DNA of 64,000 nucleotides from Squalus acanthias (taxonomy: Eukaryota), in contig CM059432.1 in assembly GCA_030390025.1 (NCBI GenBank), positions 121,646,001-121,710,000 on the forward strand. Direction: 5' to 3'. Both the position numbers and the translations under genes were made by a program. The notes beneath the pieces were generated by a model, which worked only from the letters and a program-made list of their open reading frames with translations, searched no databases and was not told the DNA's origin. Positions 1-14,321 of this stretch are shown here, in pieces. How positions within the stretch are numbered: the stretch's first letter is position 1; the number at the start of each line of letters is the position of its first letter.

Positions 1-1922
1 TTACGGGGACAAACGGACAAGTGAGAGTCTGTTGGGACAAATGGTGGGAACCGGATGAGGGAATTTATGTATGTATGTGGGGGTCAAAGTACGTTTGCCC
101 CAAAGGCATCTCCATATTTTTCATTAATCAATGGCAGGATAACAGACAGGGGATGAGGTGGGATGCGAGCACCAGGGGGTGCGGGGCCCCATTCTCCCCG
201 ATCCCAGTAAATGCCACTGAACTCATTACGCGCCCACGCAAAGCCCCGCCCACGATTCCGGTGGTTCTAGCTAAGGAAGAAGGGTGCCCTAAAACCAGTA
301 AGGGACCCGGGAATGGTTTGGTACTGGTCCCCACAGACCAGATACTATTTCAGGGGGTACATTACGCGGTGGCCTCGGTGATTTTAAATCTCACCGAGGT
401 GCGGTTACCAGAGTGGTGCCCCAAAAAGACGGAACAGTTGTATCAGGTCCTGTTGACCAAGATGTTCAGACAATTTTACGAATTCGATTTCGCGGAAATT
501 GATAAAACAAGTTTGTACACCGCACCACATGAAGTCTTTGATCAGGTGGGGAGGCAAAGAAGGGGTGTTGTGAACGACGCGTTCACTGCTTTCAACACAG
601 GTACATCTGTGGTCAACGCTCTAGACAGCGTGGAGCTGCAGACCCAGATTAATGGCTTAAAAACACAATTAAAAGACATCCTCACAGATGAAAATAAGGT
701 GGTTGGGTCTGGGTTACACGAGGACCAAGCCATGACTCTCCATTTAAAAGAAATAATAGCTGAACTAGAGAAACACGCGAGAACGGTAAATGCCCTGATT
801 AGGGAAGATCGGAATGCATCCGATCAAGCTGCGCAGAACGAGGTGTGCGTGCTTTACGGGGCGTGGTTACTGGGCGAGGGCCGCAGTAATTTGCAGGATT
901 TAAAACAAGGTTTGGTCCCGTCCTGGATAAGTAACAAACACCTGCGGGCGCTCCACCCTTTTCAGAACGCATTAAGCCCGTGCCAGCTCAGGCTAGCTTC
1001 AGAAGCATACCCAGTCCCCGTGGACTGCGGACGATCAAACCATACTATCATGGGTATAGTATTATGTATGCCGGTTTTGGGTGACACAGCAAAGCCCGCC
1101 CCGGTGTATCGGGTAGAGAACATTGGTGTCATTCAGGGGGGAGCCCACATTCGCTATGCAGCGGTTCCACCCTACGTCATCCGCTGGGAGCAAACGATGA
1201 CAGGTACAGATCTCTCTGGTTGTCGCGGCAGGGGAGCACACATAATACTGTGTCCCCAGCACTTGAATGCCTTTTTAACACCACAGTGCGGGTTCAGAAC
1301 GGCTGGCGCCAAGTCCATGAATTGCACCATGGAGGCAATGGCACAAGATCATGTGCCTCCGCAGGTAGCATACATCGGGGGTGGAACATATTGTGTTACC
1401 ACTGCAGCGCAACACTACCAACATGGAAACCGTAGCCGGTGTCCGGTGAGTGACAGCAGTTTCTGTTTCAAACCCAGGGCGGAAGTTCAAGCAGCACAAC
1501 AGCGAATTGTCCCAATCCCTGAACCATCCACGGTTCATCTCACCGTAAAAGAGAACTTCACCGACCTGCAGCGATTCGTCGCGCATTTCGGATACCTCAT
1601 TCCCCCTCTCCCTGAACACCTCACCAAGCTTTTAAAAGCCGTCACGGTGTCACAAAAACATTTTTACACACTAGAGCAGAAAACTGTCGAAATAGGGACA
1701 GACATTCTGGACATAGTAATTCCACCATGGTGGAATCTGTTCACCAACATTGAAGTGCCTTCCTGGATTAGAATAGCCACATTTTAGTTGTATGCCAAGT
1801 GTTCATTGTGGTATACTTATTGGTCGTACATTGTAAGAGAGGCAAACGCCTCACCAAGAACGAAAACACGGGAGAGTGGCAAGAACGTTACGTGCGCGTG
1901 CACGATGAAAAGCACTGTATAA
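1..1922 (+). pseudogene. env: env of copy A (5' end outside window), 4-nt deletion after 1778 just before the TM anchor
   Basis: ORF 21-1787 with RQRR furin site; GCCACATT here vs GCCTCCCACATT in the other copies; TM/tail continues in ORF 1799-1984. Confidence 0.9.
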
Positions 1923-2371
1923 TCAGAAAATGGTGTCACTCTCGTTTGCCACGTGCGCCTCGGAAGTGTTGTAATCGATCGTGATTTTTCAGAAACTGTA
2001 ATTACGTTTGGAACTCGACATGTTTAAGAGTTGGTTTTGATTATTTTGGTGATGGTGTTGTTGTTGAAGATGATTGTTTGGTTTTGTTTTGTTTTTCCTT
2101 TCCCTAAATAAAAAATGTGAATATACAGGTGATACGAGAGGCATCGGCCTGGTTACGCCTGGAAGGAAAACAAGTGGTGTAAGTTTAAAGGCAAATAATG
2201 CCTGCGGTGTTATAAGAATGTAATTTTCCTGGGAAATAAGGACGATGCAAAGACCCTAGATAGTTTAAGTTATGGGGATTAATTTTCTGGATCTGGAGAA
2301 ATTGAGATAATATTGCTCACCACAATATTTTTGATACGATAAGCGGAGTTATTCGCATCAACAGGAGGGAC

Positions 2372-3995
2372 TGTAGAATTCGCAATATATCGCGATTTTA
2401 TAAATAAGGAGAAAACACATAGTTTCGTTCAAACAGCTTTATTTCAGCAGAATGCTGTCAGGTTTTCAAAGTGGACACAAGCAGCCTGTAAAATGGCCGC
2501 CACGCCTCGTGGCAGAACATTCTAGACATTTCGATAAGCAGACAAGATGGCATTCCAATAAACATTTGTAAAAGATCGATGAAGACTCAGCACATTTAAG
2601 ATAATACACGAGACATCATGGGTTTGCAGTATACACATAAATACTGAAATCGGTCTCCCAGGTGCGAATAAGGGCTATTGTACCAAGTGATCAAGAACCC
2701 ATCCAAAGACATTAATATGCAAAATCCCCACGACTCTACGATGAGAGAGCCGTTAGCGGGTAGTTACAGAAAACATTTGGAAGCCCCAAAACCCCTCCAG
2801 GGAGAATACCGACCGGTTACACAATGGGAAAAATATTAACAGGTACTCAGACAGTTATGAGTATCCCCGAAACCCATAAAACGGAGATCACCCTATACAA
2901 GAAATTTGAGCGCCAAACCCTAACAAAAGAAAAGACATTAAGGTTGGGCGGGAAAAGAAGAGTTTTTGCACTATAACTGTAAGCTACAACCGTCCATCTT
3001 TCGCTTAGTCTCCTGCCTCTTGCCGCTTGCCTCGTGTCTCTGCCTCTTGCAGCTTTAAAGACTGTTGAACTTTACGATCCGCCAGGATCTGCCTCGTGGC
3101 TTGCCGCGAAGATCTGTGTGGAACTGGGCTGTGAAGCCTTGGAACGGGCACACCATCCCGAGAAGTCGGTAAACGGTGTTGGAACCGAAGGCCCGAGATG
3201 AGATGAGATGAGATGAGATGAGATGAGAAGAGAAGAAGACGACCATACGTATCGCCACGGTCAGTAAGCCCCGACCGCGCCTGTAGGTCGAAGAGACACT
3301 TTTCCTTGCCCAGGAAGACTATTCTTCGAATTTTATCGCATCCCTGCGAGGGCACAGGAAGACTCTTTTTTGAGTAGAGTCGGAACTCCGAGGACAACAC
3401 AGATCTTCATGACAGCAGATGGTCCAGCCTGCTAGCCGGAGCAGAAACGAGTAAACAAGTGGGGTACAGAGACCCCTGATCAACACGTGGGTGATCAGGT
3501 GCTGCGGTGAAAAACATCCGATCAGAGTTTTCGGAATTCTCCGAGTTATCACGAGTGGTGAGCATGAGTCTCGATCCTACAAATCTAGTTTAGAGCAGGT
3601 ATTGATAGGGGAGGGTTTAAGTTTTAAGGATAACTGTAATGTGTGCCCCCATTTACGATGTGTCGTTCGTTCCTCGTTTCCCTGAAATTAGTTACATAAC
3701 TGCGTGTAAGATTGTACTGTCATTAATCTGTGCTTATGACATGTATTTCGTAATCTTGAATAATATGCAATAAAGATTTTCCATTTCGTACCATTCAACC
3801 GGGTCTACCTGAGTTTTCTCTTCATTACTGCTCTCGCATCTAAGTCCAGTGTCAGAACCGTAAGGGCGAGTGGGTCGAACCACTCACAGGTGTCTAGTGC
3901 TCCCAGACTGGCTGGAGACCAGAACAGGCAACAAGGCCTAACCTCGCACTAGCACCCAGGCTGAGCACAGAGCCACACGGGTCAAAACCCTTACA
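2372..3995 (+). repeat. 3' LTR of copy A (1624 bp)
   Basis: TGTA..TACA termini, preceded by PPT, homologous to the other LTRs, contains (GAGAT)n and AATAAA. Confidence 0.95.
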
Positions 3996-5272
3996 CTACG
4001 CTGGTATACTGGCCACAGCCTGTCGGCGAAAACCTTCGGGGGTTCTCCCTCCATCTGCACTCTCTGTCCCAATCTAACGAACGGACCTTCATCGTCCGCT
4101 CCCAACACTTCCAGGACCTCGTCCCTCAATTCCCCATAGGTATTATCTCCCCTTTTGCTCGCGTCTGAGAGACACTGTAGGACCGAGCTGTCTCATGAGA
4201 ACAGCAGCATTTTTGCCTTTTCTCCATCGTCGCAGCTGTTAATGGCTGCGGTCTGCTCTACCTCCCTGAAGTGTACGGAAGGGTCGTCTGACTCAGACAG
4301 CTTCCGTACATGACTGATCATAGCCCTCAGCTGGTGTGCATTGTGTGGCAACACAAGCTGGCTGAGGAGATTCCCCTCTGCCCCATTGGCTCCCTCCGGG
4401 CCCCTTTTGATACCTGTAAGCAGGCACAACGGTCTCGGCTTCACTACTACTTCAGGGGGCTATACTACCTCGGGGACCTCTTCCTCTACTTCTACTACTT
4501 CCTCCCTTACCCAGGTTGCCGAATAGCTGGGTGGCGCGGAGGGCACAGTGGCAAATGCCTCCTCTGCTTTGTTTGGTAGGGATTTTTGGAATTCCCCACC
4601 CACCGGCGGCTGGTGTGCTGACGGGCTGATAAGGCACACCATGCCGTGCGCTTTACTCAGGGCCTCTTTAAGATTCCCTATCTCTCTTTGGCAGACGCTG
4701 TGATCGGCCCCCTCATGTTTATCCTCGAGGGCCATCTTATATGCCGCACTAACCCCCTTTAAGCTCTCTTCCTGGGCTTTTATTTGAGCAGCTAGGCGGG
4801 CACATCGTTCCCTTATTCTGCCCTCATTTAATTTTGCCTCAGTGACCTGGCACTCGAGGTAATCTATTTTCGCCTCATGGTGGTTGGCGACTAACTGGCG
4901 TTCCTGATGCAACGCATTTAAGGACGCGATGAGCTGCTGCCCCCCCGCGACCTTTTCCTCCATCTCCACCACCAAACCCGTGATCTGAGCTGCCTGCGCT
5001 ACGATGACCTGGTCCGAAAGCTGGACTTGCCTTTTAAAACACATCAGCCAGACCGCTTTCTCTACCGATTTTCTGTGTTCTTTACTGCCTGACCACCTGA
5101 TGGCTGCGTCTAGCGGACGCTTATCCACCAGCAGGTCACTTATCCATCTCTTAGTCAAATTAACTTTTCCAAAAACATAATCTGCTATTCTCTCTTCCAT
5201 AACATTTTGCCCATTCATACCAGGGTCTAACACATTATGTTCTCGCTGCCAGTGTCGCTTCGTGGTCGCCAT
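3996..5272 (-). pseudogene. gag: gag of copy B with premature stops (4460, 4193), cut by copy A
   Basis: ORFs 4460-5272, 4193-4444 and 3938-4129 align consecutively to gag 47444-49249. Confidence 0.92.
5254..5271 (-). promoter_or_regulatory. PBS, tRNA-Arg type (TGGCGACCACGAAGCGAC)
   Basis: TGG-start 18-mer 5 nt from the LTR; 17/18 to the recalled vertebrate tRNA-Arg 3' end ...GUCCCUUCGUGGUCGCCA. Confidence 0.8.
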
Positions 5273-5276
5273 TTCC

Positions 5277-6917
5277 TGTAAGGGGTTCGCGTGGCTCTGT
5301 GCTTAGCCTGGGTGCTAGTGCGGGATTAGGCCTTGTTGCCTGTTCTGGTCTCCAGCCAGCCTGGTAGCACTAGACACCTGTGAGTGTGAGTGGTTCGACC
5401 CACTCGCCCTTACGGTTCTGACACTGGACTTAGGTGCGAGAGCAGTAATGCAGAGAAAAACTCAGATAGACCCGGTTGAATAGTACGAAATGGAAAATCT
5501 TTATTGCATATTGTTCAAGATTATGAAATACATGTCATAAGCACAGATTAATGACAGTACAAGCTTACATACATTTAGGAAACTAGGTTTAGGGAAATGA
5601 GGAGCGCACGACACATCGTAAAAGGGGACACACATTATAATTATCCTTAAAACAAAAACCCTCCCCTATCAATACCTGTCCTAATCTAGATCTGTAGGAT
5701 CGAGACTCATGCTCACCACTCGTGATAACTCGGAGAATTCCGAAACGCTGCTCGGATGTTTTCGCCACAGCACCTGACTATTCACATGTTGATCAGGGGT
5801 CTCTGTACCCCACTTGTTAACTCGCTTTGCTCCGGCTAGCAGGCTGGACCGTCTGCTGTCATGAAGATCTGTGTTGACCTCGGAACTCTGATAAAACTCA
5901 AAGAAGAGTCTTCCTGTGCCCGACACCAGTTAGCCGGTAGAATTCAAAGAAGAGTCTTTCTGGACCGACACCAGTTGGCGGTAGAATTCGTGTGGTAACC
6001 TGTAAATGGTCTTTATAGTTCGGGCGCGGTCGGGGTTTACTGACCGCGGCAGCACGTGCAGTCGTCTTCTTCTTCTTCTTGTCTTGTTTCATCTCGTCGG
6101 GCCTTCGGGTCCCTACACCGTCTACCGACCCTCGGGATGGTGTACCCGCTTACCGGCCTTCGCAGCCCAGCTCTTCACAGATCTTCGCGGCAAGCCACGA
6201 GGTTGACTCCCGGAAGATCAGCGGACCAAGAGCTCGGTGGGCCGCAAACGAGAGCCAGGGGTCGAATCAAGAGAAAGATGGACGTTTGTTTACTACAGTT
6301 ATAGTACTGTAATTCTTTATCTCCCGCCCAATCTTAATATTCATCTTTTGTCATGTTTTGGCGCTCAAACTTCTTGTATGGGGTGGTACTTGTCGTTAAT
6401 GGGTTTTGGTGATACTTGTAACTGTCTGAGTACCCGTTAATATTTCTCCCCTTGTGGAACCGGCTAGGAGTCTCCCTGGAGGGGTTTTGGGGGCCTCCGA
6501 ATTCTTGCTGTGAGTACCCGCGAACGGCTCTCTCATCGTAGAGCCGTGGGGAATTTGCGTATCAATGTCTTTGGATGGGCCCCTTGATTGCCCAGTACAA
6601 TAGCTCTCATTTGTGCATGGAAAACCCAATTCCAGCACTTATATTCCTTGCTTGGGTGTTAAAATGCAAAACGATCTCATCTTGTCTTATCTCAATATGC
6701 TGAGTCCTGTCCGATCTTGCTGAAATGTTTATTGAAACGCCATCTTGTCTGCCTACTGAAAGTCTAGAACCTTCTGCCACGAGGTGTGGCGGCCATTTTA
6801 CAGGCTGCTTGTGTCCGTTTTGAAACCTGACAGCATTTTGCTGAAATAAAGCCGTTTTACGAAACTGTATGTCTCTTTCTCATTATTTTTAAATCGCGAT
6901 AATTTGCGAATTCTACA
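5277..6917 (-). repeat. 5' LTR of copy B (diverged subfamily)
   Basis: TGTAAGGGG..GAATTCTACA termini; homology to the other LTRs. Confidence 0.93.
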
Positions 6918-7200
6918 AGGAGGACATGAGGCCAGACAGAGCAGCTCCAGCTGTTACAGGAGAGAGGAACAGGAGGACAAAGAGGGCAAGGTAGCATTCT
7001 TCCCCCCAGCGGGTAAAGGATATCCCTCCTGCTCTGGACCTCCTCCACCAGGACCTCCAGTGCGGCATCCGAGAACCTGTGCGCCCTCTCCTTTGGTTCC
7101 TGAGCCATCCTGCACAATGCTTCTGTGTGCCAGCCAAAAGCACACCACACCTTCAGTGAAAGTGGGTGCGAGGAGCCCACATATACTGGTCCACGAAAAC
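6918..7200 (-). mobile_element. Harbinger-type Myb/SANT-like ORF remnant
   Basis: Translation RFSDAALEVLVEEVQSRRDILYP in ORF 6857-7267. Confidence 0.55.
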
Positions 7201-9519
7201 TGCGTCTAATCAACACTTGAGTACTAAACCTGCGGGGCCCAGAAATTCGTCTCGGGCGGTGGCGCAAAGTGGGCGGTATTGGATCGGCCGGCCATTACAC
7301 GCAGCTTCTGATATTCAGTACCATTGGCTGCAATAGACCTGAATATCAGGCGCTGCGTAGAATGGGCGGCGAATCTGATACCATCCATTTTGTGCCACGC
7401 CCGAGACAAATTTCCAGGTCCTGGTGTCTGTTTAGCTCCTCCAGGCAAGTTCAAACTATGGTAATCAGCAATTTGGACCAAAATTGCATGCTAAATCCAG
7501 ACTTTCAAGCAGGCGCGCCTTATTAGCACTGCACTCATTTAGCACCTGTTTTCACCCTTTGGCCAAAATAACCCCTCCAACCCTCCAAGCCTAGCTATGA
7601 ACTCATATGTTATAAAATAGTTAATGGAAGAAAGGCAGAAACCGTTACAATAAACAATCTTTATTCTTGTCCATGAGCAATGCCACAGGAAATAAATAGT
7701 TAGCAGTACTGAAGGTACATTATTAGTGTGAGTGTAATCCTGAGAGATGAGCTGTTCTTTCTGAACTTCTAACTTTGGGAGGGGGAGAGTCAATGATGCT
7801 CTATACAACAAAGAACTACCTCACATACAAGGAAGTATTTTTAGAATTAACAAGTAATCTAATAAAGGGCATTTCTTGCATCTTTAGCATCTGTCCCAAA
7901 AATATGTTGCAAATGTGAGTGGTCTTTGTATGTCTGCTGCCATCTTTGATTCTTATACACAACCATCTGTTGTTATGGGCCGTGCTGTCAGGTACATAGA
8001 TGGTCATGTGAAGTGTTGGTTAATATTCTATGAGTGTGACAGAAAAAAAGAAAGCTACTTCAATCTTCTACTGATGCGTCACAAAAGGCATGCAAGACAA
8101 CTCATGTAGTTGACTGAATATATTCAGATATGGAGATGATATTAATGTCATTCTGTTTTTTTTCATTTTGTTCAATCCTTTGAATAGTGGCCGTTACTAA
8201 CGTTTGAAGCCAGCCACTGACTTTGTTATTTCCTAACTGCTAGGCATATTGTTTATGATTTGCAATAAGACTTTATTGAAATGTTTTGTAAATTGAAAAT
8301 CATTGTGGGGTGAAATTCGACTAGGTGCAAAAGGGGTGATAGTGAATCGGCAGCCTGCTTTACACCCCACCCAATTTTCTTTTCCATCAAAGCCAATGGA
8401 AAAGAAAATTGGGGAGAGTGTAAAATGTGCTGCCGAGTCACCATTGCTCTTCTGCCCAAAATGAATTTCATGCCAATTGTCTTTTGCCTGGTATTATACA
8501 GGAAAATTCATCAATGGGCCTCTGTGCGCCACTACACAAAAATGGCAGCACTCTGCAGGCAGCCAGCAGTTATTCCAGCGCGCCTGGTGAAGTGACACGC
8601 CCAGCGCATCACGTGTTGCGTGCCGGAGACGACACTAAAATATTTAAATGAGCTGACTTGGCATTAGTATACCACTGGAGAGGTGGCTGGTGTTCAGTGC
8701 ACTGACATCCCACTGTACCAGGACCACATTACCGGGGCCCCAGTGCAAAGGACAAACAAGTCTTCAGACATCTGTGGCTGTCTCAACTTATTTTCTGGTG
8801 ATTTTGTTTTTAATGTCTGTGATTATTACCAGTTTGGTTCTGACCAGTTTTCTCAGTCTGAATGCATTTGAATCTAATGTTTCTTCCAGAATTTTTCAAA
8901 GTTGATTTGTTTCTTTTTTTTTTGCTGTGACCATCTTAAATAATTATACAAACATTTTATTCCTTGCATTCTGTTCCCATAAATGGTTCTCCATTTCACT
9001 TACCCCCACAGGGCAGCTCTTATTTTTGTTTCCATAGTCCATCCGGGGAACCTGCTTACATTGTGCCCCATGTTTTCAATTAGCCAAATCCTTTAAAAAA
9101 AATACATTTTCTCCCACTCCTAATTTTGCAGAAAGGCAATGCGGTAGATCTGAACTTCCACCACCGGGCGGAAAACTGGCAGTAACGGATCGGTGCGGGG
9201 ATACAAATGTTCCAGTGATTCGTGGACCTGGACAGTAGTCAGCAATATTCCCCTTAATTTTTGTTATGGGGCGCTGCCTCTTTAAGGGCCTGCGCAGCCC
9301 AGTCACGGTTTCATGCATGCGCGAACTTTAACATTGAAAAAGCTGGACCCGTCCCGTGCAGAGAGCTGCGTGGCCATGCAGCTGAAAGGGAGCGTTGTTA
9401 GCCAACCAAAGAAAGTCATACCACCCTATATGTTACTCAATCAAAGTTACCTTCAATGACTTAACATTGCACACAGCATTAAAACAGTTTAGACAAGCAT
9501 AAAAACAGCATCACCCAAA

Positions 9520-9840
9520 ACATGGAGTTCTGGGAAACTTGGGCACGGATTTGGGAAGGCGACAACACGTTCAAGGACTTTGGAGAGCAAAGGGAGTTTG
9601 GAGATGGGGCGGTAGTTCGCAAGGACAGAGGGGTCAAAGTTTGTTTTTTTGAGGAGAGGGGTGATGACGGCAGATTTGATAGGGAGGAGTCAGTACCTGA
9701 GGAGAGAGAACTGTTAACAATATCAGCTAACATGGGGGCCAGGAAGGGAAGCAGGATGGTCAGCAGTTTGGTGGGAATAGGGTCAAAGAAGCAGGAGGTG
9801 GGTCTTATGGGCAAGATGAGCCCAGGGAGAGCCACAGAGC
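9520..9840 (-). mobile_element. L2 LINE RT fragment
   Basis: DPIPTKLL...LADIVNSSLSSG peptide typical of L2. Confidence 0.75.
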
Positions 9841-10903
9841 ATAAGTGAGTAGGGGCAGGTGGAGGCAGTACAGGAGGTGCAAGAAATACCTGGCCAGAGG
9901 GTCCCCTCTCATCAGTCCACAGGGAATATATCCTGATCTCTGGGGCTAATTGCTTAAAGAAGCAAGAGATTGATAGAATCATTGCGAGACTTGCCAAGGA
10001 ACTTTCAGTACATGACAACTAGTGTGGAGGATCGCACAATCTGCATATGTGGGGGGATTCATGCACAGCATTGAAACTCTGCCGTCTGTCTTGGATTACA
10101 GGGACGCGTGCAATGCAGACCCTCGGGGCAGAGACTGTAAGGCCATTCTTCACATCTCATGAATGCTCGTGCAGGTCTTGAGTTGCTGTGCCACCTCCTT
10201 TTTGGACAGGTTAGTTGAATGAACAGAGCCATCAATTGTGACTCAACAATGTCATTGCTGAATTGGGATCTGTTCACTCACAGATAAGCAGACACAGTAA
10301 CGGGAGCAGAACCAGGCCTGAGCTAGCAATGACTGATGTTGCCATCTCTCCCACATGTTAATGCCATTCAAGCCTGACTTCACATACTAAAAAGTAGGCA
10401 GGGCCAGTCTGCCCCCTGTACCAAGTGCAGGACCATCTAAACAGTCATAAACAAAGAGGCTGAGAGCCACCCCACTCTCAGAAAGACACTCAGCTATCGG
10501 CCACCTCACAGGCTCCAGTCATAGGGATTTCGCTGAAATGCAGCAGCAGATTAGATAGTCTAGTACAACCACACAGACCATTAGGAAAAGCAAGCACCAC
10601 AATAGCGGGCACTAGATTCAGAAACATTTTGGCAAATAAAAATAAAATACTGGCAAGCGTGTGCACAGTTTCTGTTGTGTAGCTGGTGAGAGACATGTAC
10701 ATTGAAGAGGAGTGATCAGCCAGGCAGATAAGTAGGGTGGCAGTTCAATGTTTATTGTGATTTATTGCTGGGTACTGTAAAATAAAATGGTGAATGTTGA
10801 GATTGATTAACCCGAACAGGAACTTTAATTACAAGGCACAAGGTGACTGTTTAGTTCGGAGATAAGGTAGAGGGCGTAATGGCTTACCGTTCATGCCCAG
10901 ATA

Positions 10904-11328
10904 CAGAAAACTTTCGTTTATCCGGCATCGACGGGACCGGCGTGGTGCCGGTTTATCGAAAGTACCGGATAACGGAGAGTTATATCTACCGAGGCTATTT
11001 TTAACAAAGAGACTCCAGGCAGCACGGGAGAATCAACTCCTGCTACTGCAGTGTTTCGGACTTCCGACAGCGCCAGGAGGCCGAGTAGTGGCACTTTTGA
11101 AAAGTACCCCTACTGACTAAATCGGCGTTCGCGGACTCGGACTCGGACTCGGGATCGGCAACATTGCCGGTTATTTGAGAGGAGTTTTCGGAGCACTCGG
11201 CGTTCGCGGAGACTCGACTGCGACTCGGCAACATTGCCGGTTATTTGAGAGGAGTTTTCGGAGGATGATTTTTGCCGGTTAAGCGAGAATTCCGGATATT
11301 TGGGTGCCGGATAAACAAAAGTTTCCTG
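10904..11328. mobile_element. Tc1/pogo (Tigger-like) MITE with internal ~70-bp duplication
   Basis: TIRs CAGAAAACTTTCGTTTATCCGGCA / TGCCGGATAAACAAAAGTTTCCTG flanked by TA on both sides; repeat units ~11123-11192 and ~11198-11262. Confidence 0.8.
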
Positions 11329-12319
11329 TACTATCAAGTTGCCTGGCTCACCAGAACCATCTTGCACTAACTTGCATCATGGTCCAGACTGCACCGGCTA
11401 TGCAAACCAATCCATTTTTTGGGACATTAAATCCAGTACTGAGAGAATAGACTAAACTGAGAGAACGGAAAAGAGGACGCCAGGCAACGGAATCATGTAC
11501 TAACAATTTTATTAACATTTAATGCTGACATGATTAACATTGGCTTATTATGTAAGGTACTTAAACAAAGGTCGTTAACTGACAGAATTGTACAGCTGAT
11601 ACTTTAACATCTTTAAGTATAACTTTAAATATCAGGTCTACCTCTGTACACTAACAGAGTGTAGTCGATGTCAAAGGTGAAACATTTACTCTTATCAAGG
11701 GTCAGACTTTGGTTATACATACTCTGGTGGAAAATCAATGGCAAATTACCAAATAGCAACATTACTGTTCTGTGCACTTCTGGTGAATAGGAGTCCCGAT
11801 TTTAACTCGGAGCGGGAATCGGGTGGTTCAGGCGAACACCAAACCCTATATCTTCGGCAGTGTGAGACCGAGGAGATTTTAACTCCTGGGCCCCATCTAC
11901 ATTCCCCTTGTCAGTAGCCTGCCCAAAAATGATCCCCGGCACTCAGTTAAATCACAGTGAGGGGCTTTCGGAAAGGTCTCGTGATTGGGAAAAGGGAGGG
12001 GGGAATCCCAGAGCAGGCAAGGCCTAGACCTTCATTGCAGGGTCCGGTGGAGCACTGATCTCTTTGGATTCTGGCTCCTCTTCCTGCTAGGCTCACCTGG
12101 CAGGAAAGCCTCTGCTCAGGCCACCAGTTAAAATTGCAGTCGGGGACTGATGACATTGGACTGATTTCTGCTTGGGGTGGGGGGGCGGGGGGTGGTGGTG
12201 GGGCAAGGGTTAAAATCAAGCCTAGCTGAACCTGGTAGGTCTCAGACTGCTGGCATAAAGCTGCTTCTAAAGTATGTGTATTCTCCTGATTTGCTGAGAA
12301 GAGCAGCTATATGATGGGA

Positions 12320-12562
12320 ACGCCATCATCTCCAAGTTCTCCTTCAAGTTATACATCATTCTGACTTAGACATGTATCAGCATTCCTTCATTGCAGCTAG
12401 GTCAAAATACTGGAATTCCCTACATAACACTATTGTGAGAGTACTATCAGTATAACGACTTCAGCAGTTCAGTTAGGCCCACCAGCTTCTCAGAGCAACT
12501 AGGGATGGGCAATAAATGTTGCTTGACCAGCACTGTCCACATCCCAAGTACAAATTAAAAAG
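12320..12562 (+). mobile_element. Degenerate 3' end of the LINE family seen at 19590-21250
   Basis: Shared tail TAGGGATGGGCAATAAATG...CACATCCCA...AATTAAAAA. Confidence 0.7.
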
Positions 12563-13223
12563 GCAAGAACACCACCAACTGAGCAATGATCACTTGTCAT
12601 TTATATTTCAGCTAAATATAAAATAACCTGTTGGGTATTGGAAACTATAGATTTGAAAGAAATGTGTTTGTTTTGAGATTCAATTAGTTATTGGTTGTTC
12701 ATGCAAATCTGGAACCAAGAAACAAAGCGTTAGGCCGCTCAGGCTCCTATTCCTCCACCCTGCCACCTGCCCCCCCAGCATTATGCCCAAGACAGAAAAC
12801 CTAAGCACTCCTGGGCCTGGGCAGGAACATGGACAGTACAGCACAATCTCAGGTGTGCTGCTCCTGCCAAGTACAAGGGTTGCAGGATGCTAGGCAAATT
12901 AGCTCTTTTACTAAGAGGTCCTAACTAAATGGAAATTGAAAGGCGCTGGGGGACAAACCCTTTCTCCGCACCTTCACTTTAAGATAATGTCCCAGAATTT
13001 GCAGTCAGCGGCGAAGTGAAGGCTGGCCCCGAAGTATGCTCCGCACAAGGATCTCGCGATCTCTGTGTCGAGAACTTCGGATGTTCAATTCAAATCATCG
13101 GAGTATAGTGGGGATCCCCTTGTGCAAGCCGCTGTGACGTCAGCAAGCTATCTAAGTAGCCAATCAAAACGCAGAATTCTCACAGACAGTGAACAAGGAA
13201 GCGGGTAAGCTCTTAAAATTCGA

Positions 13224-13894
13224 AGGGGGAAATTGGGTCGTGCCCCCTTTGGGGCTCTAACTTCGCCGAAGAGCTACTTTTAGCGCTCCAAAAAAGTTAG
13301 CGCCCTGGCGCCGGAAATTGATTGGTAGCGCCCCAAGCAGGAGGCAGGGCGCTACTGGAAGCGCTCTCCCTCCCTCTTGGGGTGCTACCATTCAATATCA
13401 CGGCTCTATGTGCAACAGGCTCCTCCCCTGATTAAAGGGGAGGGGCCTAGCGCAGCGCGCACCAGGGCCCTGCTGGAGCACCGGGGAGCAGGGTGCCGGC
13501 AAAAGAGCCCGGCATTCAAGAGGAGCGATCGCAGCCGGCTCCCCGCAGGAGGAGGCAAAAGGGGGCAGGTGCTGGCAGGCGGCCCAAAAAAAAAGGCCGC
13601 GTGGCACCTGCCCTTTAATTATCACCGCCCCAGCCGCAAACACAGCACCCTGACCCTATAGGACATAGCGTCTGGCGATAGGTCAGGGGGCGCGAGCGAA
13701 GTTTGCAGCCAGGGCATGAGCGGGGTGCAAGCGGGACACTGCGCATGGTGATGACGTCATCGCCGGAAGCGCAGCGCCACGGGGCGCTACCGGCTACCAC
13801 CGCCGCTAACCTCCCGCTGAATTTCACGGGAGGCGTTAGCGGTGCCGCACAGGGGCACCAACGAGAGGTGCAAATCAACCCAATTTTTCCCCCT
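13224..13894. mobile_element. GC-rich non-autonomous DNA transposon (Harbinger-like TIRs)
   Basis: AGGGGGAAATTGGGT ... ACCCAATTTTTCCCCCT terminal inverted repeats. Confidence 0.6.
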
Positions 13895-14321
13895 AACTTT
13901 TAAAAATGTTAGAGAGTAGAGAGCAAAACAAAGATTGGGTCTCTCATACGGAGAAAAGGTAAACCTGAAATAAAGATGAGCAAACTGTAAAAGAAATGGA
14001 ATTTTTTTTGAAGTTTCTTAAAAATTTTTATTTTTATTTAAGTGGACAAATTTCATTCTGCACAAAATTAAAATTAGTTTTTCAAGCCCTTAACCTTTGT
14101 TTAGCAGTGAATACGCTGTTAAAACCCCAGTTACATTAAATTCCTTTGGGTCTAACTTTTAGTGGGGAATTTAACAGCATAATTACTGTGGAAGAGCCGA
14201 AGTTTTCGTCACTTTCCCTGATTTGGGTGATTACACAGATTGCCGGCTCTGTGGGGTGGGGGCACAGCACAGCCTGTGGAGGAGCAGAGAATGACAGACC
14301 CCAACTTCAGCTTTTCCGCAT

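Larger units (their letters stand above)
1..3995 (+). mobile_element. ERV copy A, 3' part (env, 3' UTR, PPT, 3' LTR), inserted into gag of copy B
   Basis: env homologous to 41616-43968; PPT ACAGGAGGGAC before TGTAGAATTCGC at 2372; LTR ends CCCTTACA at 3995 and abuts minus-strand gag. Confidence 0.95.
3996..6917 (-). mobile_element. ERV copy B, 5' part (5' LTR, PBS, 5' gag), interrupted by copy A
   Basis: LTR 5277-6917 followed by PBS and gag ATG at 5272. Confidence 0.93.

Noticed and set aside
3194..3240. (GAGAT)n or the 11123-11262 repeats as a CRISPR-like array
   Set aside because: Simple microsatellite or MITE-internal duplication, no spacers, eukaryotic context
7816..8109. Short ORFs in unique-looking DNA
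   Set aside because: No motif support
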